Positions 20,301 through 32,339 of a DNA stretch of 64,000 nt are shown piece after piece. The notes under the pieces are model-generated. The model saw only the letters and a program-made list of their open reading frames with translations, was not told where the DNA came from and did not search any database. The stretch is taken from the NCBI GenBank assembly GCA_963771175.1, contig CAVYSY010000050.1:96001-160000 (forward strand), in the 5' to 3' direction. Position 1 is the first letter of the stretch. Every line of letters starts with the position of its first letter. The DNA is from an uncultured delta proteobacterium. Lineage in GTDB: Bacteria > Myxococcota > Myxococcia > Myxococcales > Myxococcaceae. The position numbers and the translations under genes are program-made.

Positions 20301-22900
20301 AGGCGAGGACCTGCGCTTGACGTCCTCCAGGACGAGCGCGCCGGAGCCCACGGCCACGCGGGGCTGGACCCCGCTGGTGGTCTGGAGGGAGAGCACGACG
20401 TCGAACGTCCCCGCCGCGCGGCTCCCATTGGAGGTGGTTCCATTCCACGAAGTGTAGAGCACCAGGCCGCGGCTCGTCTGGTCGAGCGTCGGGGTGGTCG
20501 TGCTGAAGACCGGCGTCGTCGTGCCGGTCGGGATGAAGTCCACCCGCACGGACACGCCGCAGCCCGAAAGAGCAGCGTATCGTAGAACGCCGAGTCCACG
20601 TGCAACGCGACGATCACGTCCGACGGCTGATCCTCGCGGACGCTCTTCGGGCTCGACGCGGTGGGGGCATCCAGGCAGACCAGGGCGTCGCAGTTGCCAA
20701 TGGCGAAGCTGGTCCGTCGCGATGCTCTGCTGGGCGGCCGGATCGTCGTCCGTAACGATTCAGCCGGACGGTCCACGTGCCCTGGCAGACCGGCGGGACG
20801 ATGGAGCCCGCGGGGAAGAGGAGCACGGCGGACACGCCCGGGCCGCTCGGCAGGGTCGGCGAAGGGCAGCCCCGGCGGGCCGATGGCCTGCCATTGGTAC
20901 TGGCTGATGCCCAGACCCGGAGAGGGCGGCGGGCCCTCGAAGGTGTTGTCCTGGTCGAAGCTCTGGGAGCCATCCACCCCGATGGTGACGGGCGTCACGC
21001 CCGTGATGGAGACGGTGGGCCGCACCAGGGGGCCGGCCACCCTCTGGGCGTGGGGGCCGTGTCCGGGTAGACCACGGTGACGGTGAATTGGGAGGAGGCC
21101 GGGTTGCCTTCCCCATCCAGGCGGAGGCGCAGTCGAAGAGCCAGGTCCCGCGCCCCAGGTCATTGGCCCCCAGGGTCACCACCGGACCGCTGTCGTTGAT
21201 GTGGGGCCACAGCGTGTGAATGGGCAGGAGCGGCTGCCCCCCCGACGCTCGCGTACCACTCGTAGCTCACGAGGCCCGGCGACACGGTCGCGAACCGGCC
21301 ATCCGTCAGATGGCAGTGGTTCACATCCTGGGGACACGGGGAATCGGGGTCCTCGGACAGGCTCGCATCCAGCACCAGGGGACCGGAGCCGAAGACATGC
21401 TGGCTCGGCTGGCTGAGGAACGCCACCTGGGGCAGCCCGTCCACCAGGACGGTGAACTCACCCGACACGGACTCCTGCTCGTCATCCGTGGCCGTGAGGC
21501 GGAAGATCCACGTCCCGGCCGGGGCGGAGTAGTCGAGCGTGGACTGGGTGGAGAGCACCGTCCCCACCGGCAGGCGCCCGCCGCCGCCGGCGCCTGGACG
21601 ACCTCCCACTTGAAGGTCAGCCATCCGCCGTCGTCATCCTCAAGGACCGACGTCTCGACATGGAGCGGATTGCCCGCGCCGACGCTCGGCGTCCGCCGAG
21701 AGCGCGATGCCGAGGCTTGCGATTGATCACCTCGACGGTGATCTCCCTTCGAGACCGACGCGGGCTCATCCTCGTCATCCGTGGCCGTCACCTTGAAGCG
21801 CCAGGTGCCCACCTCGGCGCCGGTGGTCGGAATGGAGAGGCTGGACTCGGTGGAGTAGCCTGACTGGGGCGTCCGGTTGGGTGCCTCCAGGATGTCCCAG
21901 ACGAACTTCAACTCACCTTCGTCCGCGTCCTTGGTCGTCGAAACGTCGAGCTTTATCGGATTGCCAACCACTACCTGGGATGGGCTCGTGACCTCGTAGT
22001 TTGGCGGGAGATTCGGGACGGAAAAGTTGTACGAGAAGGTCTTCATTTCGCCTTCATCGTCGTCGACCTCTGAGCTCGAAGGGACCAATCCCCAATGTCA
22101 TTGCCGCCCAATTGGAGTGTCGGGTTGGCAGTGTCTTTGTTGGTGAGCTCGACAATCGTGGACTTCCTGGGATGGGACTTGATCCTCCACCGGTGTTTCA
22201 TGGGGCCGGAATAGGCATCGTCGTCGGGATCGCTGGAATTCGCATTGAATTTGACATTCGAATTCCAGGCTGGCGGACTGGGAGTCGCGGAAGGATTGGC
22301 CGTCGGCGGAAGATTATAGACGGTGTATTGATATTCGTATGATATTGGATAGACCTGGCGTGCACGCAAGGCCGCAAGGCGTGTTGGCGGGTACGCACGT
22401 GTTCTGGCTGTCGTTGGGGTAGACAAAGCCGATCGTGCATCGGTAGGTGTGTGTGCCGAGAGATCCTTCAATGATTGAGGATAGAACCAAAAGGCGAAAT
22501 CCTTGCGTCCGTCAGCATTGTAGTCTTTGATGGGGCAAGCGTCGTGATAGAATGGCTGAGCGGTCGCCGGGGGATCATTGCTGTAAGGTGAGATCTGGAC
22601 GCCAGTCGGCTTGGTGGTGCTGTCAATGCCCAGGTACTGGCAATCGGCGCTGATTGGAATCCCATAAATGGCGGGGTCCCATGAGTAGCGATGTCCCCAG
22701 TTCTGCTTCACCACGGTCTGATAGGTTCTTACGGCGATACTCGCGGTGGCGGGCTGGAGTTCCTCCTCTTCGGAGATGTAACTGGCTGTCCCTGCTTCTG
22801 TGGCAGTGTATTGCTTCGTGCTGGCTGCAGCTGGGAGTAACTTCTCCTCAGGAGCGCCCACGACAAGGTACATGGCGAGCAGCGCGGCAATGTTCTTCAA
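17348..22900 (-). CDS. Giant (~1,800 aa) secreted multidomain protein: PKD/REJ-like Ig repeats, FlgD-like Ig domains, alpha/beta hydrolase, C-terminal beta-sandwich; split by several frameshifts
   Basis: Pieces 22043-22900, 21321-22088, 21160-21624, 19809-20555, 19864-20448 and 17348-~19740 join logically; repeated F(K/R)(V/L)TATDDE; WNG/WDG..PAGKY; PLVVFAHGNH, GHSRGG, GANHNFFN. Confidence 0.75.
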
Positions 22901-23043
22901 GGGTGGAGTCCGGAGAATCTAGCCGTCAGCGACGGGAAGAGGGTGTCATGCCAGGAGTCCCAGCTGGCAAGGGCTGGGCCTGGAAGAAACTGGAATCATC
23001 CAAATGCTATGGGTTGTCCGAGGCCGCGCACCTGGCCAGACGC

Positions 23044-24069
23044 TCAGCCAGCGTGTTCTTGATGAGTGCGCGCTCGCGTGACTGCTTCTGGAAGTTGGCG
23101 CGCGAGACGTCGAGCAACAGTTGCTCCATTCTCGGCAGCCACCCGGCCTTTCATTATGTCGAAAGACAGGCGGACCAGGGGGCCTCTTCCCACGAGTTTG
23201 AACACATGGAAGCCCTGCTTCGTTTGGACCACAGGAGAGACCTGCCGGAGTTCGAGTTCCGAAACCGCGCTCCACACGGCATCCGGAGCGCTGCCAGGAG
23301 TCAACCTGGTTGCTCCAGAGCCCCCGGAACTGGGCGTCTCGGAATGGCGTTTCATCAACGCGGCGAAGTCCACATCGGGAGTCAATGCTTGCTCACGCAG
23401 CTTCAGGGCCTGGAGATGCTTTGCACGCATTTCATCGTCTGACATCGTAGGAGTGACCCGCAGCAGGATCTCCTGGACGACGAGGTGGCTTGGCGCGCGG
23501 AAGTGCGTCTCGTAGCGCTCGTACATGAGCCGGAGTTGCTCCTCGGAGAGAGCCTTGGGGGCCCTGCGCTGGAGCAATCGCTCGCGGAGCAACTCCAGGC
23601 GCAACTGATGACGTAGCTCTGCAAGTCCCAGTGGCAGCGAGGCCACGTGCTTCTCGAATGCATCAGGGCTGGAGAAGCGCTTCCGTCGTGCATCCAGGGC
23701 CGCATCCGCCTCTCGCTCCTCAACGACGATGTGTTCCTGTTCGGCGGCGTGCTCGATCAGCAACTCATCGATGAGTTTGTCGGCGATACGTATCTTCTGG
23801 GCGCACACCTTGGGCTCTGGGATATGCCCACCCAACAAGCCAAGGTTTTTCCTGTTCACCTCCCACAGCGTGTTGAAACGCGAGAGGGAGACCTCCTCCC
23901 CATCAACGATGGCGATGGTCCCGGTCTCGGGGCCGTCCACGCTCCCCGGCACGAGGGCGGGCTGACTCCCCCCCGCGCCAGCGCCCGTGACCAGCAGGGC
24001 CAGAGGGAAGAGCGCGCTCCGCAGCCACCGCGCCGGGACTCGAATCAAGGATCTCGGGTCGGTCAGCAC
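23044..24069 (-). CDS. SurA/PrsA-like peptidyl-prolyl isomerase chaperone
   Basis: IAIVDGEEV, LIDELLIEHAA, DFAALMKRHSE and VSPVVQTKQGFHVFKL (rotamase). Confidence 0.85.
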   Translation of the reverse strand: MLTDPRSLIRVPARWLRSALFPLALLVTGAGAGGSQPALVPGSVDGPETGTIAIVDGEEVSLSRFNTLWEVNRKNLGLLGGHIPEPKVCAQKIRIADKLIDELLIEHAAEQEHIVVEEREADAALDARRKRFSSPDAFEKHVASLPLGLAELRHQLRLELLRERLLQRRAPKALSEEQLRLMYERYETHFRAPSHLVVQEILLRVTPTMSDDEMRAKHLQALKLREQALTPDVDFAALMKRHSETPSSGGSGATRLTPGSAPDAVWSAVSELELRQVSPVVQTKQGFHVFKLVGRGPLVRLSFDIMKGRVAAENGATVARRLARQLPEAVTRARTHQEHAG

Positions 24070-24295
24070 GCGGCCCAGCTAACAGTTCGTCCCCAAGCTG
24101 TCCAGACCGTGATTTCCCTGATTATGCGGACAGTAGGGTGATGCTGCCAACTCCTGTGGTAGGGCGGCAAGCTCGAAGTCCACAGGGCCGAGGTATCCCA
24201 TCGAAACTTGAGGGAGCAGAAATGGCCGCAGTTGCGCGCCCGGAGCGAAGACGCCGTGGAGTCTCTCTTTCCGCGTGCCCCTTTACGGCAACCCG

Positions 24296-24955
<660 letters not shown>

Positions 24956-25094
24956 GCCGCGAGATTAACGCCGGGTGCGACCGTCCGCCGGGAATGCGAC
25001 GTGCCCCCGTCGAGCAGGTGACGCGAGGAGGGCATGCCGGGCAGCGCTCCCACCCCCGCTGTGGTTCCTGGCGGGGCTGTTAGAGTGGCTCCAG

Positions 25095-25382
25095 ATGACG
25101 GCTCCTCCCCCCCCACCCCCCGAGGCTCTCGAGCCGGCTCTTCCCGAGCGTCCCCGCCTCTCCATCAATGGTGTGCCCGTGCGGCCCGAGGAGCTCGGAC
25201 GCAACCTGTCCCCGGCGGTCCTGCTGATGCTGAGCGTCTCGAAGGAGCGGTACGAGCCGCCCGAGGCCTCTCCCGAGGAGCCACTGCGGACGTGGTTGGA
25301 TGGCATTTCGTCGCGGACGTTGGCGGTGGTGCTCGTGCTCCTCGGGCTGGGCGTGGTCGCGCTGCTGCTCCTGGCGCGGTGA
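25095..25382 (+). CDS. Small hypothetical protein with a C-terminal TM helix
   Basis: Ends LAVVLVLLGLGVVALLLLAR; start uncertain. Confidence 0.5.
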   Translation: MTAPPPPPPEALEPALPERPRLSINGVPVRPEELGRNLSPAVLLMLSVSKERYEPPEASPEEPLRTWLDGISSRTLAVVLVLLGLGVVALLLLAR

Positions 25383-25534
25383 GCCCCCCGCCCTCGGGCG
25401 GCTTTCTCCCAAGGGTCCGATATGTGGCGTCGCGACCCTCGTTCCCGGTCCGGTGCTCCCGATGTCCGTGGGAGCATGACTGAACGACAATCGGGCTCGG
25501 CCGTGGGGCCCGGACATCGAGGGGGGGTTCACCC

Positions 25535-27475
25535 ATGAAGATGCGTCGAGTGTTCGTCTCCAGTGCCCTGTTGGTGATGCTGGGCGGCTGCCACGAGGTC
25601 AATCCCGATCCGGGGCCCCCCGAGGACCCCGGGCCCTTCCTGTCCGACACGCCGCTCTGGACGCTGGATGCGCCCGAGTCGCTCCGGGACTCGTGCTTCG
25701 GCAACTCCCTCGCGCTCGGGGACGTGAACGGGGATGGGCACCAGGATCTGGTAGTGGCGGCGCCCCCCTGCGCGTTTCTCCCGGGCAAGGGCCACGTGGT
25801 CCTCTATGCCGGCAACGGCTCGTCCTTCTCCACCGAGCCCGTCATCGCCGAGATGGACTGGCAGAAGACCCCGTCGAGCGGGCGGTCCCTCGCGGTGTCC
25901 ATCGGGAACGTGAACGGGGATCGCTTCGCCGACATCCTCGTCCGCGCCTCGTCCGGGGGGCTGATGGTCTTCACGGGCCGGGAGGAGCTGGGGTCGGTGT
26001 TCCAGGCGCCCCTGTTCCGCCTGCCAGCCACCTCTGTCTACCGCAATGGCTTCTTCACGGATCTGAATGGGGATGGGGTCGATGAGGTCGTCGCCCAGCA
26101 GGGGTTGACGGCCGCCATCTATCGCGTCACCCCTGGCGGGGAGGCTCCTTACGTCCTGTTGAGGTCGTTCCCGCAGTACGTGACGCGGGTCATCCCGGCG
26201 GGTGACTCCAATGGCGACGGGCTCGTGGATCTGATGGTCCAGAACCAGGACGGCGCGCAGCTCTTCCTCGGGTGCGGGCAGGACGAGCCGGGGCTCTGTG
26301 AAGGGGGCATCTCGGCCGCACCCGTCTGGAGGGCCAGCGACGACGTGCTGGGGTTCTTCCCGGATCAGAACGGGGACGGACGCTCGGAGGTGCTTCTCGG
26401 CTTCCAGGGGCGCGTGCAGGTGAACCTCTTCCAGCCGGAGGGCGGCATCTCCCCGACGCCCATCTGGAGCATGCTCGGGGACGCGGCCTTTCCGGGCTTT
26501 GGAGCCCCGGCCCGGTTCGTGGGGGACCTGGACAAGGACAACAAGGAGACGGAGTTCCTGCTGTCGGCGGCGGGGCGCCTGTACGCGTTCTTCCCTCAAA
26601 AGGAGGTCTCCGCGGAGCTACGCCCCGCCTGGGCCTGGCCGAAGAGCGACTCGGTGGGACCCTCGTTCCATGGCTTCCTGCGCTACGCGGTCGTCCGGGC
26701 CGGGGAGCTCAACGGGGATGGCTACGCCGACATCATCGCCGGCCTGTCCCGCCCCTATGACGCCCTGGCTCCGACGCACGTCACGAAGCCGGGGCAGGTG
26801 GTGGCCTTCGGTGGTGGCAAGGTGCCGCCCCAGACACCCGAGCCCTACCTGAAGGCGCCCACCACGTGCGGACTGGCGGCGAGCAGCGGAGGCAAGCCGG
26901 ACGTGACGGTGGACGCGGATGTGATCTCGCGCACGCTGTACGTGGAGCGGCGGAACTTCGCCGAGACGGCCTGCGAGGTGTCGGAGCGCTGCGTGGGCGC
27001 GCCCGGAGACCGGCGCCTGCTGCGCTTCAGCGTCTCCATTCCCAACCTGGGCACGGGCGCGGTCCTCATCGAGTCTCCCGATGTTCGACCGGAGCTCTAC
27101 GAGTTCGACGTCTGCCACGGCCACCACCACCTGACCGGGTTCGCCAGCTACGAGCTGCTCGGCGCGGAGAACGCGGTGCTGGCGGTGGGACGCAAGCAGG
27201 GCTTCGCGCTGGTGGACCTGACTCCCTACTGCGCCGACGCGCCACGCCCGAGCATCGAGGCGGATGGCTCCCAGCGCATCTCGCCGGGCTGGGCGGACGT
27301 GTACGCGGGCGACTACTCGTGCCAGTGGCTGGATGTCACGGAAGTGCCGGACGGCACGTACACGCTGCGCATCGGCGTGGACACGAACAACCTCATCGAC
27401 GAGCAGGACGTGCTGCCGAACTCCGTCGACGTGAAGGTGAAGCTCTCGGGAAACGCGGTGGAAGTCGTCCCGTAG
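25535..27475 (+). CDS. Lipoprotein with FG-GAP repeats fused to a lysyl oxidase domain
   Basis: MLGGC lipobox; GDVNGDG-type repeats; YEFDVCHGHHHL, KQGFALVD and ISPGWADVY..CQWLDVT. Confidence 0.88.
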   Translation: MKMRRVFVSSALLVMLGGCHEVNPDPGPPEDPGPFLSDTPLWTLDAPESLRDSCFGNSLALGDVNGDGHQDLVVAAPPCAFLPGKGHVVLYAGNGSSFSTEPVIAEMDWQKTPSSGRSLAVSIGNVNGDRFADILVRASSGGLMVFTGREELGSVFQAPLFRLPATSVYRNGFFTDLNGDGVDEVVAQQGLTAAIYRVTPGGEAPYVLLRSFPQYVTRVIPAGDSNGDGLVDLMVQNQDGAQLFLGCGQDEPGLCEGGISAAPVWRASDDVLGFFPDQNGDGRSEVLLGFQGRVQVNLFQPEGGISPTPIWSMLGDAAFPGFGAPARFVGDLDKDNKETEFLLSAAGRLYAFFPQKEVSAELRPAWAWPKSDSVGPSFHGFLRYAVVRAGELNGDGYADIIAGLSRPYDALAPTHVTKPGQVVAFGGGKVPPQTPEPYLKAPTTCGLAASSGGKPDVTVDADVISRTLYVERRNFAETACEVSERCVGAPGDRRLLRFSVSIPNLGTGAVLIESPDVRPELYEFDVCHGHHHLTGFASYELLGAENAVLAVGRKQGFALVDLTPYCADAPRPSIEADGSQRISPGWADVYAGDYSCQWLDVTEVPDGTYTLRIGVDTNNLIDEQDVLPNSVDVKVKLSGNAVEVVP

Positions 27476-27531
27476 TGCTGCCCGTGCTCCGGGGACTTGC
27501 CCCCCCGGAGCACGTGAGTCAGGAGCGAGTT

Positions 27532-27924
27532 CTACTTCTCGGGCTCGCAGCCGCAGCCGCAGTCGTCGAAGAAGGGCACCTTGCCGGGATCGCAGAAGAA
27601 CCGGATGGCCGCGCACCGCTCGGGATCGTTCGAGACGTAGGTCCGGTCGGGATCGTCACAGGCGGGCTGCTTCGGCTCCTGCTGGCAGATGCCTCCGCAG
27701 TCGGCGCCACCCTGGGTCGGATCGCAGTCGTCGTTCGGGTCATCGACGCAGGTGTACCCCTCGGGACACTGGATGGCGGCGAACCCCCCGCAGAAAGCAC
27801 CGTCCGCCTTCTTCTCCTCCTCGATGGCGGACGACTGCTGGGCCTCGGCCGTGGGCGAGCAGGCCGTACCGAAGAGCGCCGCACCCAGGACCAGCGCACC
27901 ACAGGAAATCAGTCGGATGGACAT
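27532..27924 (-). CDS. Small Cys-rich lipoprotein
   Basis: FGTAC lipobox; CGGFAAIQCPEGYTCVDDP..CDP..GGADCGGIC. Confidence 0.75.
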   Translation of the reverse strand: MSIRLISCGALVLGAALFGTACSPTAEAQQSSAIEEEKKADGAFCGGFAAIQCPEGYTCVDDPNDDCDPTQGGADCGGICQQEPKQPACDDPDRTYVSNDPERCAAIRFFCDPGKVPFFDDCGCGCEPEK

Positions 27925-28075
27925 GAACCCCTCCTCTGAGTGAAAGAAATCGGGCGCGGAGTGGCGATCCGGTAGGGGGGGAGCGGGCGAGCGAGCCCTC
28001 CAGGGGCCGTCAAGGTGGCCTGGCCGGGAGGCGAATTTTCCTCCGCCGGTGCTTCGATATACATGGGACGCCCAC

Positions 28076-28999
28076 ATGGGCAGCCGCGCGATCAGGTTGA
28101 ATCAGAGCTCCTCGGGCAAGGTGAAGACGGGCAACACGGGCAAGGTGAAGACGGGCACCACGGGCAAGGCCAGGCAGGTGGGCAAGGCGCGTGGGGGCGG
28201 CGGGCTCGTGCGCAAGCTGCTCCTGCTGAGCTTCCTGGGGCTGGTGGTGTTCGTCTCCTACGAGTACGCGAGCCTGCCGGACGCGGCGACGCTGCTGAAG
28301 GAGAACCCGAAGATGACGGCGCTCATGGAGCAGCGCGCCGAGGAGGCTCGGGAGGCGGGTCACAAGCCTCGCCGGAGGCAGACCTGGGTGGGGCTGTCGA
28401 ACGTGTCCAAGCACGCGATCGACGCGGTGCTGCTCTCGGAGGACGCGAGCTTCTACCTCCATGAAGGCGTGGACGCGAAGGAGCTGGAGAACGCGTTGGA
28501 AGACGCGATGCGCAAGGGCAAGCTGGGGCGAGGGGCCTCGACGATCACCCAGCAGCTCGCGAAGAACCTGTGGCTGTCGACGGACCGCAGCCTGCTGCGC
28601 AAGGCCAAGGAGCTGATCCTGGCGCACCGGCTGGAGGAGTCGCTGCCGAAGAACCGGATCCTCACGCTGTACCTGAACGTGGTGGAGTGGGGGAACGGCG
28701 TCTACGGGATTGAAGCGGGTGCGCGGGAGCACTTCGGCGTCTCGGCCGCGAGTCTGACGGCGGCGCAGGGGGCGATCCTGGCGTCGATGCTGCCGGCGCC
28801 TCGCAAGCGCTCCCCGACTTCGGGCTCGAAGGCTTTGAAGAAGCGGGCGCACTGGATCGTCGAGCAGATGGAGGCGGTGCGGCGCCTCAACGCCGAGCAG
28901 GCTCGGGCCGCGCACGCGGAGATCGATCAGATCCTCAGTGGGAAGAAGGCGGACGAGTCCGAGGGCGAAGAGGAAGGCCTCTCTGACTCCATTCAATGA
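28076..28999 (+). CDS. mtgA: Monofunctional peptidoglycan transglycosylase
   Basis: EDASFYLHEGVD, GASTITQQLAKNL, RKAKE and KNRILTLYLN (GT51). Confidence 0.92.
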   Translation: MGSRAIRLNQSSSGKVKTGNTGKVKTGTTGKARQVGKARGGGGLVRKLLLLSFLGLVVFVSYEYASLPDAATLLKENPKMTALMEQRAEEAREAGHKPRRRQTWVGLSNVSKHAIDAVLLSEDASFYLHEGVDAKELENALEDAMRKGKLGRGASTITQQLAKNLWLSTDRSLLRKAKELILAHRLEESLPKNRILTLYLNVVEWGNGVYGIEAGAREHFGVSAASLTAAQGAILASMLPAPRKRSPTSGSKALKKRAHWIVEQMEAVRRLNAEQARAAHAEIDQILSGKKADESEGEEEGLSDSIQ

Positions 29000-29012
29000 A
29001 GGAGAGTCGATC

Positions 29013-29414
29013 ATGAACGTGAAGAAGATGGGAATGACGTTGCTGGCCGTGTGCATGGGCTCCTCCGCGTGGGCGGCGGCACCGAAGTCCACGCCGGTGC
29101 TGCTCGAGAAGGGCAAGACCTCGTTCGCCCGCAACTGCCTCGCCTGCCACGGTGAGACGGGCGAGGGCGATGGCCCCACGGGCAAGTTCCTGATGCCGAA
29201 GCCCCGCAATTTCAAGACCGAGCCGTTCAAGCAGGGGGAGAAGCCGGATCAGATCTTCGATACGATCTCCAAGGGCGTGCCCGGTTCCACGATGGTGGCC
29301 TTCGCCACCCTCCCCGAGGAGGAGCGCTGGGCGCTCGCCTACTACGTCCTCGACCTCAAGGGGCCGAAGGGGAAGGGGACCCCGAAGGACACCCCCAAGA
29401 AGGGGAAGAAGTAG
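29013..29414 (+). CDS. Monoheme cytochrome c
   Basis: Signal peptide; CLACH; GVPGSTM. Confidence 0.9.
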   Translation: MNVKKMGMTLLAVCMGSSAWAAAPKSTPVLLEKGKTSFARNCLACHGETGEGDGPTGKFLMPKPRNFKTEPFKQGEKPDQIFDTISKGVPGSTMVAFATLPEEERWALAYYVLDLKGPKGKGTPKDTPKKGKK

Positions 29415-29423
29415 CCCCAGGAC

Positions 29424-32229
29424 TCAGGGCGCGGAGATGGCCGCCGAGCTCCCGAGCGTGATTCGGGCCCGGTCGCGCAGGCGCACCATCTCCGGCCAGC
29501 CCTCGTGGATCGGGAGGAGCGGCTCCCCGATGGAGAGGGTGAAGCGACCCGGGTGCTGCAGGTGCCAGCCCGGGCCGAGGAGGCGCCGCGTGCCCTCGAG
29601 GTGGATGGGCACCACGGGCCGTCCGGTCTCGACCGCGGCCTTGAAGGCACCCAGCCGGAAGGGCAGCAGGGCGGGCCCGCAGGAGCGAGTCCCCTCCGGG
29701 AAGATGAGCACCGAGGTGCCCCGCCGGAGCGCTTCGGTGACGTGCGCGGCCCCGGCGATGCCTCGGCTCGTGTCGAAGCGGTCCACCGTGAGGTGCCCGG
29801 CCCTGCGGACCGCCGCGCCCACCAGCGGCCACGAGAGCACCTCCTGCTTCGCCACGGCGCGGAAATCCACCGGGAGGGCCGCGAGGATCGCCACCGAGTC
29901 CACGTAGCTGACGTGGTTGGCCACCAGCACCCAGGGCCCAGGCCCGCGTAGGTGTTCGAGCCCTTCCACGCGCACCGGACATCCGATAGCCCACAGCGAC
30001 CAGCGACAGAGCCGGCGCACCATCCGGTCCGTGGGTGCTCCAGGGCGCACGAGCACCAGTCCGACTCCGAGCGCCAGCAGCGTGAGGAGGATCACCCCGA
30101 GACAGGTACACGGTGTAGATCGCCGCTCCCAGTGTGCCGGCCAGATGGCCTCCGCGCGCCCGGAGGTGTGACCCGGTCAGCCGCGCGTACTGGACGAGCA
30201 CCGCGCGTCTGCCCTTCGAGATGTCGCCGCGCACGTAGGCCTCTCGGGTGGCACCGCGTCGGATCTTCCCGCTGGAGGTCTTCCGCACCGCGCCTGGAGG
30301 CGCCAGCTCCACCACGTCCGGCGGCTCGCCGAGCACCGCTGTCACCCGGTCGACGATGGCCGACCGGAGCCGCTCGCGGGCCTCCCGGTCTTGCTCCCGC
30401 GTCTCCGCGACCACCACGAGCCGCTCGGTCCCGAGCTCCTCGCTGGGCAACCCGAAGGCGACCACGCAGCCCTTGCGGATGCCGGGCAGGTCTCCCACCA
30501 CCTCCTCGATCTCGTGGGGTACAGGTTGCGGCCGGCCTTGATGATGAGGTCCTTGCTGCCGCCCGGTGACGTAGAGCTCGCCGTCGGCCAGGTAGCCGAG
30601 GTCCCCGAGTCCAGCCACCCGTCATGGAGCACGGCGCGGGTGGCCTCGGGATGCGCGGAAGTAGCCCGACGTCATCGAGGGTCCGCGGAACTCGATCCGC
30701 CCCTCCACGCGCTCCTCGCGGCGGGCGGCCCGCTTCGTCCACGATGCGCACCTCGTGCCCGGCGAGCGGCCGGCCACAGGACACGAAGCGCAGCGGGCGC
30801 CCGCCGTCGCGAACGGGTCGCGCCTCTCGGTGATGCGTGAAGGGCTCGCGGTCGATGGCGTCGACGCGGGGCGCGCCGTCCCACGGGCGGGAAGGTGAGG
30901 GCGACCGCCGACCTCGGCCAGGCCGTAGACCGGGAACATCGCCTCGGGACGGAAGCCGTAGGGCGCGAAGCGCCGGGTGAAGCGCTCGACGGTGTCCGGG
31001 CTCACCGGCTCGGAGCCGTTGAGGGCCACGCGCCAGGAGCCCAGGTCGAGTCCCTCCAGCTCCGCGTCCTGCACCTTCCGGACGCACAGCTCGTAGGCGA
31101 AGTTGGGCGCGGCGGAGAGGGTGCCCCGGTGCTGGTGCATGGCGCGCAGCCAGCGCGCGGGGCGCGAGAGGAAGGCCAGCGGCGAGAGGATCGCGAGGGG
31201 AATGCCGTAGTAGAGCGGCATCAGCCAGGAGCCGATGAGGCCCATGTCGTGGTACAGCGGCAGCCAGCTCACCGCCGACGTCCTCGGGTCGGACGTGCGA
31301 GCGCCTGGCCGATGGCGCGGATGTTGGCGAGCAGGTTGGCGTGGGTGAGCAGCACGCCCTTGGGCGCGCCGGTGCTCCCCGAGGTGTACTGGATGAGCCC
31401 GGCGTCCGAGGCCTCCAGGCGCACGGGCGGTGCCACGGCGTCCTTCCACGCCAGCTCGGCCGGGGTGACGGTGCGCTGGAGGGAGGGCACTCGGGCCTTC
31501 AGGAGCGCGCCCACCCGCTTCGCCTCGTCGAAGGTGACGAGCACGCGCGCCTCCGGCGTTGCGGAGGATGCCGACCTGCCGCTCGACGTACTCCTCGAGG
31601 CGATCCATCCGGAAGGGCGGGTAGAGGGGCACGGGGACGCCGCCGGCGAGCAGCACGCCGAAGAAGCAGGAGAAGAAGGCGGGCTCGGTGCGCAGCAGGA
31701 GGCCCACGGTGTCGCCGTGCTGGAGGCCCCCGTGGAAGAGGGCCGCCGCCACCGCCGAGGCCGAGGCCCACAGCTCGCCGTAGTGCAGGGGGCGCTCCGA
31801 GCCGTCCTCCTGGCGCAGGAAGAGGTGGGGGCGCTCCGGGTGGTGCTCGGCGTGCCAGCGCAGCACGTCCGTCAGCAGCCAGGCCGAGTCCGGGGCGGCC
31901 GTGCCGGGAGCCAGCGGGGGTCGAGGCTCGGACGGCCCCTCTTCCGAGAGTGCGGGCCTCACCGCGGCGACGGCCCGGACCAGATCGCGCGGGGTGGAGG
32001 CGCTGGCCACGGTCGAGTCCGGCAGCACCACGCCGAAGCGCTGCCCCAGCCGGAGCAATAATTCCACCCGCTCCAGACTGCCCAGCCCCAGCTCATGGTC
32101 CAGCGAGTCGTCGAGGCCGACTGCTTCCCCGGCGCGCGGCAGGCCCAGCTCGGCCACGAGCGCCCCGACGATGTCGAGCACGGCGCGCTCGATTGTTTCC
32201 GGACGGGCTGCGGGGCCTTGCTGGGGCAT
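29424..32229 (-). CDS. ACP - fatty acyl-AMP ligase - PlsC acyltransferase fusion, several frameshifts
   Basis: LGLGSLERVEL (ACP), QYTSGSTGAPKG, WLPLYHDMGLIG and KTSSGKIRR (FAAL), NHVSYVD and FPEGTR (PlsC). Confidence 0.85.
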
Positions 32230-32339
32230 GGGGCCAGCCTCCACCCCTTCAAGTAGAGGCTACCCGGGGTGGGCACACCTCCCCGTGCGCCTCCGCTCGC
32301 ATGCAGGGCTGTGAGGTTGGCGCGAGGACAGGCGGAGGC

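Noticed and set aside
28115..28170. 24-bp duplication (GKVKTGxT) at the mtgA N-terminus
   Set aside because: Low-complexity cytoplasmic leader with no evidence of a separate function
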